From Alphaproteobacteria bacterium (GTDB lineage Bacteria > Pseudomonadota > Alphaproteobacteria > CAAHEQ01 > UBA3637), in the NCBI GenBank assembly GCA_015062245.1, contig SUVA01000003.1, positions 21,372 through 85,371 of the forward strand: a stretch of 64,000 bases of DNA. The letters are read 5' to 3'. Below are positions 56,712-64,000 of this stretch, one piece after another. The position numbers were made by a program, and so were the translations under genes. Numbering within the stretch: position 1 is the first letter of the stretch; each line of letters starts with the position of its first letter. Under the pieces are notes generated by a model. That model worked only from the letters and a program-made list of their open reading frames with translations, made no database searches and was not told where the DNA came from.

Positions 56712-57864
56712 CTATGGACCCCAATCTGCCAATCACCATTTCCTGATTTATTTTAACGCATTCCATCAAACCGAAACTGATAAACAATGTCATCATAGCT
56801 GTTCCACCATAGCTCATCATCGGTAAAGGCACTCCAACAACCGGCATCAATCCCATCACCATTCCCAAATTGATAAAGACATAAAGGGCTAAATTGATGG
56901 TTAAACCGGCGGCCAAAACCTTGCCAAAAAAATTATGAGATTTTAAAACAATCCAAAAACCGTAACCGATTAAAAACATATACAGGCCAACCAATAAACA
57001 TGAACCCAACCAACCAAACTCTTCGGCAAAAACGGTGAAAACAAAATCCGTGTGTTTTTCGGGAATAAAATTTAGCTGACTTTGTGTTCCCTGCATAAAA
57101 CCTTTTCCGAAAAAACCACCCGAACCCAAAGTAATTTTAGATTGCGAAATATGATATCCAGACCCCAAAGGATCCTGTTCCGGATTTAAAAAGATTAGAA
57201 CACGTCTTTTTTGGTAATCATGCAATAAAGACCAAATAATCGGAAAAGCGCCCAAAGCCCCTAAACCTAAAATAATGAATTTCCAAATTTGAACACCAAC
57301 CAAAAAGAAAACAGCCAAACTCATAAAAACCAACATCATGGCCGTACCCAAATCAGGCTGTTTCAAAATCAACAAAACAGGCATTCCCACCATCAAAACG
57401 GGAGGTATCATTCCTTTTATAGAACGAATAACCGATAAATCCGTTGCATGAAAATAACGGGCCAATGCCAAAACCAACGCAATTTTCATTACTTCTGATG
57501 GTTGAACGTTCATAAAGCCCAAATTTAACCATCGTTGAGCCCCCATTCCCGTATGCCCAAACAATTCAACCGCCACCAACATCAACAAGGAAATACCGTA
57601 AATCCAGTAAGCATATTTCATCCATAATCTCAAGTTTGAAAAAGCAATGATGAATAACACCCCCAAACTTAAAACAAAACGAAAAGCCTGACGTCCTCCC
57701 CATGGGGAAAAATTCCCCTTACCTGCCGAATATAAAACCCCCAGACCGATAAAGACGATTAAAGAAATAAAAAATAAATACACATAATCAAACCCTCGGA
57801 TTTTTTCCATCAGGCTGAGATTATAATTTTTCATATAACAGTTTCTGTCTTTAAAAAAGCTCAT
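56701..57864 (-). CDS. rodA: Peptidoglycan glycosyltransferase RodA (SEDS family)
   Basis: Ten TM SEDS protein, PEKHTDFVF..., GVPLPMMSYGGT motif; follows mrdA. Confidence 0.85.
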   Translation of the reverse strand: MSFFKDRNCYMKNYNLSLMEKIRGFDYVYLFFISLIVFIGLGVLYSAGKGNFSPWGGRQAFRFVLSLGVLFIIAFSNLRLWMKYAYWIYGISLLMLVAVELFGHTGMGAQRWLNLGFMNVQPSEVMKIALVLALARYFHATDLSVIRSIKGMIPPVLMVGMPVLLILKQPDLGTAMMLVFMSLAVFFLVGVQIWKFIILGLGALGAFPIIWSLLHDYQKRRVLIFLNPEQDPLGSGYHISQSKITLGSGGFFGKGFMQGTQSQLNFIPEKHTDFVFTVFAEEFGWLGSCLLVGLYMFLIGYGFWIVLKSHNFFGKVLAAGLTINLALYVFINLGMVMGLMPVVGVPLPMMSYGGTAMMTLFISFGLMECVKINQEMVIGRLGSIDDE

Positions 57865-59675
57865 TTTCTATCCTCTATTTCTAAACGCAATGCTTCTTGC
57901 AATATCTTTGATGCAATCGGTGCTGCCACACGTGAACCGCCACCACCGTGTTCCACCACAACAACAATGGCATAGCGAGGTTTATCGGTTGGGGCATAAG
58001 CTGCAAACAAAGCATGATCTCTGTATTCCCAAGGAATATCATCTTCTTTCCATCCTTTTTCACGTTGTTCTTTTGTAATACGCCTTACTTGAGTTGTAGC
58101 GGTTTTTCCGGCCATTTTCATGCCGTTTAAATTAAATCTGGAACCATAGGCAGTAGCCCCTTGTTCATTGACAACCTGAAACATTCCGTCACGTATAATA
58201 TCCAAATTTTTGGGATTAAATTTTAAATCCGTAACTGTCGGTTTTGTTGAGCGTAATAAATGTGGCTGAATCAATTTTCCGTTGTTGGCAATAGCCGAAA
58301 CGGCACGCACGATTTGTAAAGGCGTTACATTTAAAAAACCTTGCCCTATACTTAAATTTAAAGTATCACCCATACGCCAAGAATCTTTGTATTTTTTCTT
58401 TTTCCATTCAAATGACGGAACCAATCCCTGTTTTTCACCCTCTATTTCTATTCCTGTTTGTTGTCCAAAACCCAATTTTCGTGCCGTTGATAAAATATCC
58501 TCAGCCCCAATTCGTTGTGCAGTTTCATAAAAATATACGTCACAGGAAGAGGCCAAAGCCCCAATCAAATCCAAAGGACCATGCCCTTCGTGTTTCCAAC
58601 AATGAAAGCGTTGTTGGCCTAGATTTGTATAACCACCACAATCAATTGTTGTTGAATGCTTTATTGATTTGTTTTCCAAACCGGCCAATCCCACAACCAA
58701 CTTAAAAATTGACCCTGGTGAATAAGTCCCCTGTAAAGTTTTATTTTGAAGTGGCGCCCTTTTGTCATCCCGTAATTTTGACCAATTTTTTACACTGATA
58801 GGCGCCAAAAACAAAGAAGGATCAAAAGCCGGTGCCGATACCATCGCCAAAATTTCACCTGTATTTACATCCATTACAATTGCACTGGCCCCATGATTTG
58901 ACAAAGCCGAAAGAGCATAGCTTTGCAATCTGTTATCAATGGTTAAATGAATATCCTGCCCTGGAACAGGTTGGGTTTTATCCAACAATTGGACCGAACG
59001 CCCGGCTGCATTAACTTCTGTTTTTAATACCCCTGGAATACCTTTTAAAGTGTCATTTAATGTTTTTTCAATACCTGTTTTTCCAATACGATAACCGGCT
59101 AAATTTAAAAGCGGATCATCCTTATCTTTGGCATCTGCATCCGTAAATAAGGAAACATACCCGATTGTATGGGCGTATAATTTTTGTTCGGGATAAACAC
59201 GAATTTTTCCCTGCTCTATCTGAATCCCGGGTAAATCAGGTGCATTTAAATGAAGCAATGCCATCTCTTTATCCGTCAGATTGTCTTTTATGCGAACCGG
59301 CATAAAGGCACGCTTATATTTCACTATTTTTTCAATATGTTCTTTATCTTCTTCATCCATTGGAATTATTTTATAAAAACGTTCCAATGTTTTTTTATAG
59401 TCTTTGGTCTGCTCTTTAATCAAAACAGCCTGAAATGTATTTTTATTATCGGCCAAAATAACGCCGTTTCTATCATAAATTTTACCTCTGTCGGGCATTG
59501 TCAAACGAATTGACAAACGATTTTTTTCGGCCAGCAAAAAGTATTTATCCCCCAAAATAATTTGCAAATAAAATAACCGTATAACTAAAATCAGAGCCAA
59601 TATCAGAAAAAATCCGGATAGCACCAATAATCTTTTTGATAAAATATGATCTTTTTCATAACGCCATACAGCCAT
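57861..59675 (-). CDS. mrdA: Penicillin-binding protein 2 (elongasome transpeptidase)
   Basis: PBP dimer + transpeptidase domains: SPGSIFK (SxxK), SSCD (SxN), KTATTQ (KTG); start set at MAVWRYEKD, overlapping the mreD stop. Confidence 0.8.
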   Translation of the reverse strand: MAVWRYEKDHILSKRLLVLSGFFLILALILVIRLFYLQIILGDKYFLLAEKNRLSIRLTMPDRGKIYDRNGVILADNKNTFQAVLIKEQTKDYKKTLERFYKIIPMDEEDKEHIEKIVKYKRAFMPVRIKDNLTDKEMALLHLNAPDLPGIQIEQGKIRVYPEQKLYAHTIGYVSLFTDADAKDKDDPLLNLAGYRIGKTGIEKTLNDTLKGIPGVLKTEVNAAGRSVQLLDKTQPVPGQDIHLTIDNRLQSYALSALSNHGASAIVMDVNTGEILAMVSAPAFDPSLFLAPISVKNWSKLRDDKRAPLQNKTLQGTYSPGSIFKLVVGLAGLENKSIKHSTTIDCGGYTNLGQQRFHCWKHEGHGPLDLIGALASSCDVYFYETAQRIGAEDILSTARKLGFGQQTGIEIEGEKQGLVPSFEWKKKKYKDSWRMGDTLNLSIGQGFLNVTPLQIVRAVSAIANNGKLIQPHLLRSTKPTVTDLKFNPKNLDIIRDGMFQVVNEQGATAYGSRFNLNGMKMAGKTATTQVRRITKEQREKGWKEDDIPWEYRDHALFAAYAPTDKPRYAIVVVVEHGGGGSRVAAPIASKILQEALRLEIEDRK

Positions 59676-60178
59676 CACGACCCCCTGATATAATAATTTA
59701 ATTTTGCCGTGAACCACGTTATAATCGGATAACATAAACAGGTAAATACATATTGGACAAACCAAAATGAAGGGCTAACCCAAATTCCCGTTGTCAAACG
59801 CCCCAACCATGCCCATGCGATATCCGTTATCAACATTAAAACACAAAAAAATAGCCATAAATATTTAAATGAAAAATTTTGAATATAGGGTTGTAAAAGA
59901 TTGGCCATAAAAAACATCAATACATAAATAAAAGCATTTAATCCCAAAGCCCCCATAGACAAAAAATCAGCAAATAATCCCAAAAGAAAAACAACCAAAA
60001 CATTTAATTTTTTATAATTAAATAAAGCATAATAAAAAATAACGATCAAAACCAATGGCAAATTTTGATGATAATTTTGCCATAAACGAACGGGAGAAAA
60101 AGAAACGCACACCAAAAGAAATGCCCATAAAAAAGGCATCAAAAAAAAGAAAAAATGTTTTAAGCGTTTTAATTTCAC
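59675..60178 (-). CDS. mreD: Rod shape-determining protein MreD (by synteny; polytopic membrane protein)
   Basis: Five hydrophobic segments; positioned between mreC and mrdA. Confidence 0.55.
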   Translation of the reverse strand: MKLKRLKHFFFFLMPFLWAFLLVCVSFSPVRLWQNYHQNLPLVLIVIFYYALFNYKKLNVLVVFLLGLFADFLSMGALGLNAFIYVLMFFMANLLQPYIQNFSFKYLWLFFCVLMLITDIAWAWLGRLTTGIWVSPSFWFVQYVFTCLCYPIITWFTAKLNYYIRGS

Positions 60179-60180
60179 GA

Positions 60181-61026
60181 TTATTCATCCAATTTTAAAA
60201 GATTTTCTGTAATGCCTAAATTCAGCAATCGTACATAAGTTAAAGAATTGGTGTCTTCAAACAGTGCAACCCGAATTGTTTCTTGATTATCATCAAACAC
60301 AACCCCTATCGGCAAATTAGATGGAAAAACCCCCAAATAACCCGAGCTCATTACAATATCCCCTTTTTTGGCAATATAACCTTCATTTGGAAATTGCAAA
60401 TAAGGCTTATCTGTATTATCCCCGATTAAAAAAGCCGTCTTTTTATCATCCCCAACAAAAACAGGCACTCGGGACATATAATCTGTCAAAGGCATCAAAC
60501 GACTGTAATTGTCATCTACTTGAACTATTCTGCCAAACAAAGCTTTGGGGCCAAATCCCAGCATTCCTTTTACAACGCCTTGATTTTTGCCGGAATTTAC
60601 CACAAAAGAACGGGAAAAAGCTCCCCCTTCATCTAAAACAATTTCTGCCAACAAGTGATTTGATTTTTGGGGCGGAACAAATTTTAAATGTTCTTTCAGT
60701 TCTTTATTTTCCGTTTCCAATTGTAAAGCATATAAACGCCACTGCTTTAATTCATTATTTTGTTGTTTTAAGGCCTTGTTTTCATCATAAGCAAAAAACC
60801 AATTTTTAACACCATCAAAACCGCCCTTTACCCAATACAGAGGCTGACGCACAACCGTTATAACAGGCGAAAAACATGAATGCATAAAAGAACGAACAGA
60901 AACAACATTCGGATTGTCCGAACGCACCAAAATCATAATTAACAGAGCAAACAATAAAAACAAAAGGGGCAAAAACCGACGAATCTGTGCTTTTATTCGC
61001 TTTAAACGAAAAATTTTGCACTCCAT
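60181..61026 (-). CDS. mreC: Rod shape-determining protein MreC
   Basis: N-terminal TM, coiled coil (LKQQNNELKQWRLYALQLETENKELKEHLK), beta-rich C-terminus with GD/GYLGVFP motifs. Confidence 0.75.
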   Translation of the reverse strand: MECKIFRLKRIKAQIRRFLPLLFLLFALLIMILVRSDNPNVVSVRSFMHSCFSPVITVVRQPLYWVKGGFDGVKNWFFAYDENKALKQQNNELKQWRLYALQLETENKELKEHLKFVPPQKSNHLLAEIVLDEGGAFSRSFVVNSGKNQGVVKGMLGFGPKALFGRIVQVDDNYSRLMPLTDYMSRVPVFVGDDKKTAFLIGDNTDKPYLQFPNEGYIAKKGDIVMSSGYLGVFPSNLPIGVVFDDNQETIRVALFEDTNSLTYVRLLNLGITENLLKLDE

Positions 61027-61043
61027 GGGTGCCCCCTTTGATA

Positions 61044-62111
<1,068 letters not shown>

Positions 62112-62175
62112 TCAATAAGTTTTCCTATTGTAATACACGAATTTTAATGAAAAAACAAGTCTTTTTTGTGTTTTT

Positions 62176-62916
62176 TTAATTTTTTCTTTCACATAACTTC
62201 TTAACCATTCGATAAAGAGTTTTGATTTCAGAAGAAGTTAGTTCATTTCGCGTAAAAATATTGCGCATATTTTGAAGCATCCTTAACCTTTTTTCAGGCC
62301 ATTGAAAATACCCGCTTTTATCAAGTTCTTTTTCAAAGAATATCAAAAAGTTATCAAGCTCTTTTTGAGTAGCAATTGAACTTATTTTTTTGTCCTTTTC
62401 TGTCCTGTTTTTACTTTGCCACCACGACCAACCAATCAACAAAACAGCCTGAGCCAAGTTTAATGAAGAATGAACAGGGTTTAAATCAACCGAAATAATG
62501 GCATTTGCCAATATAAGGTCTTCATTTTCCAAACCGGTTCTTTCCGGCCCAAAAACAAAAGCAACTTTTTTATCTTTTTTTAAAAAAGATTTTGTCTTTA
62601 ATGAAGCCTTTTCTGGATTCAAAACCGGCTTTTGCATATCTCTGACTCTGGCCGTTGTTGCAAAAGAATAATGGATATCAGCCAAAGCATCTTCCAACGT
62701 GTTAAATATTTCAGCCTGTTTTAAAATCATTTGAGCGCCAGAAGATGCCGAAACAGCCTCATCAGATAAATGAGATTGTTTTGGTTTTACCAATCGCAAC
62801 TCAGATAAGCCACAATTCATCATTGAACGGGCAACCATCCCTATGTTTTGCGCCAACTGTGGTCGCACTAAAATAACAACAGGGGCTTTTGTATGTATGT
62901 TATCTTTACACTTCAT
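62176..62916 (-). CDS. SpoU/TrmH-family RNA 2'-O-methyltransferase (TrmJ-like)
   Basis: VVILVRPQLAQNIGMVARSMMNCG, FVFGPERTGLENEDLILANAII SPOUT knot motifs; 246 aa. Confidence 0.65.
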   Translation of the reverse strand: MKCKDNIHTKAPVVILVRPQLAQNIGMVARSMMNCGLSELRLVKPKQSHLSDEAVSASSGAQMILKQAEIFNTLEDALADIHYSFATTARVRDMQKPVLNPEKASLKTKSFLKKDKKVAFVFGPERTGLENEDLILANAIISVDLNPVHSSLNLAQAVLLIGWSWWQSKNRTEKDKKISSIATQKELDNFLIFFEKELDKSGYFQWPEKRLRMLQNMRNIFTRNELTSSEIKTLYRMVKKLCERKN

Positions 62917-63425
62917 TCTATGTTATTTGTATAGACAGCCGGAACCGTACCCGCACCAATATCAGGACCTGCCTCTGTTGCCATAATTAAAAAGTCCGAA
63001 ATGGCTCTATTATTTATATTGCCTATCGCTTGCATATCCGAACGTGTCATTTTTGGAATTTTATAATTTTCCACAAATGTCATAAAAGCTTCAAACGGGT
63101 CAGCATCAATTTGTGCTTCCAATTCTTCCCAATTCATTTCATCCAAATTATTAACTTTTTTATCAAGAATTTTATCTTTTAAGATAGCCGTATCTTCTTC
63201 AGAAAAAATCACACTATAATCTACATCATCTGACGAATATGTATTATCCCGCATCATACGGATGGCATTTTTTACGAATGCAGCATCGTGATACATTTTG
63301 GTATCAAACAACTCACGTAATCTTTCCACTCCTTCTTTTGACGGTTTTCTATTTTCAAAATCAGCAGTTTGGGCCTGAAGCAGAAACGGTGTTAAGCAAA
63401 CCAATGTTAAAAGTATTTTTTTCAT
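62913..63425 (-). CDS. Hypothetical secreted/periplasmic protein (170 aa)
   Basis: Signal peptide MKKILLTLVCLTPFLLQA; no domain recognised. Confidence 0.4.
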   Translation of the reverse strand: MKKILLTLVCLTPFLLQAQTADFENRKPSKEGVERLRELFDTKMYHDAAFVKNAIRMMRDNTYSSDDVDYSVIFSEEDTAILKDKILDKKVNNLDEMNWEELEAQIDADPFEAFMTFVENYKIPKMTRSDMQAIGNINNRAISDFLIMATEAGPDIGAGTVPAVYTNNIE

Positions 63426-63444
63426 AATAATCCCCCTTTTGTTT

Positions 63445-64000
63445 TTATGAAATTGATTTTCTTTTGCTTTTTAAAAAAGCAATGATACCAACAGGTATTG
63501 ATAAAATATACACCAATCCAAGCAAACTCAAAACACCCCAAGTATGAGTTATTAAACCGGCAATAAATAACAACAAGGCAATCACCAAAACCGAGGCATA
63601 ATCTTTTTTTACATGAATATGCTTTAAACAAACTGTCGGAATTTTACTGGCCATCATTACACCGGCAAAAACAACAAAGAATCCGGCAAACCAAGGTGTA
63701 CGTAAAAAATGCACTCTACCGTCGGTTGCCAACCACATAATCAAAGGCAACATAGCCAAAGTTCCACCGGCCGGTGCGGGAACGCCCATAAAAAAATGTT
63801 TCCAATAATCAGGTTGTTTTTCATCCAACATTGTGTTAAAGCGTGCCAATCTGGCCGCACAGCACATCGCCAAAAACAAAATAAAACACCAGGCAATTCC
63901 AACAGCCATCGGTTTATAATTGATATCATGCATGGCAAGCAAGCGCAAACGTTCATCCATTGTCCATTGATACATCAAAAGCCCCGGCGCCACACCAAAG
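63445..64000 (-). CDS. pssA: CDP-alcohol phosphatidyltransferase (phosphatidylserine synthase-like), C-terminal part; gene continues beyond the window
   Basis: Polytopic membrane region with CCAARLARFNTMLDEK resembling the DG..AR...G...G...D motif; ORF open at the window edge. Confidence 0.45.
   Translation of the reverse strand, partial: FGVAPGLLMYQWTMDERLRLLAMHDINYKPMAVGIAWCFILFLAMCCAARLARFNTMLDEKQPDYWKHFFMGVPAPAGGTLAMLPLIMWLATDGRVHFLRTPWFAGFFVVFAGVMMASKIPTVCLKHIHVKKDYASVLVIALLLFIAGLITHTWGVLSLLGLVYILSIPVGIIAFLKSKRKSIS

Noticed and set aside
57881-58130. Several ~60-aa ORFs on both strands at the 3' end of mrdA
   Set aside because: Internal to a well-supported PBP2 gene; no independent signals.
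59675-59765. N-terminal 30-aa extension of the mrdA ORF (MVCPICIYLFMLSDYNVVHGK...)
   Set aside because: It would overlap mreD by 90 nt. The PBP2 N-terminal cytoplasmic tail/TM begins convincingly at MAVWRYEKD, which gives the common 1-nt start/stop overlap with mreD.

Overview
This is a low-GC (roughly 35-38% by eye) chromosomal segment with clear alphaproteobacterial hallmarks: a CtrA-like response regulator, a ChpT-like histidine phosphotransferase, an ihfA/MerR pair, plsX-rpmF, and an mreBCD-mrdA-rodA cluster. Housekeeping genes include tgt, gap, infA, uvrB, pheST, aspS, tmk, holB, tatD, dacC, rlpA, queH and five tRNAs. The housekeeping backbone is mixed with anaerobe-like and symbiont-like content. 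There is a 1169-aa pyruvate:ferredoxin oxidoreductase and a ferredoxin-thioredoxin-reductase-like Cys-rich mini-protein. A 1646-aa ankyrin-repeat protein lies beside a LuxR regulator. Two secreted Cys-rich proteins carry C-type-lectin-like ends; one is fused to a type IV pilin-like N-terminus. The most unusual locus (13.5-17.0 kb, minus strand) is a tightly packed operon of four genes. It runs: a membrane diadenylate cyclase (CdaA, rare in Alphaproteobacteria), then a SucC-like and a SucD-like protein that both appear to have lost their catalytic motifs (GGRGK loop and phosphohistidine), then chpT. This looks like an undescribed c-di-AMP / pseudo-succinyl-CoA-synthetase / cell-cycle phosphorelay module. 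A second notable locus (20.2-27.9 kb) is a ~7.6 kb integrative element in tRNA-His. It has a tyrosine integrase, an AEP primase-polymerase and an XRE regulator, and it is bounded by a 47-bp direct repeat of the 5' half of the tRNA. Its cargo is an XRE / unknown 292-aa / 4-TM membrane-protein operon plus a divergent PD-(D/E)xK-like nuclease gene under a perfect palindromic operator. That layout resembles phage-satellite defence hotspots. There is also a duplicated, interrupted tRNA-Ser 3' end, and two GC-rich intergenic blocks that are candidate structured RNAs.
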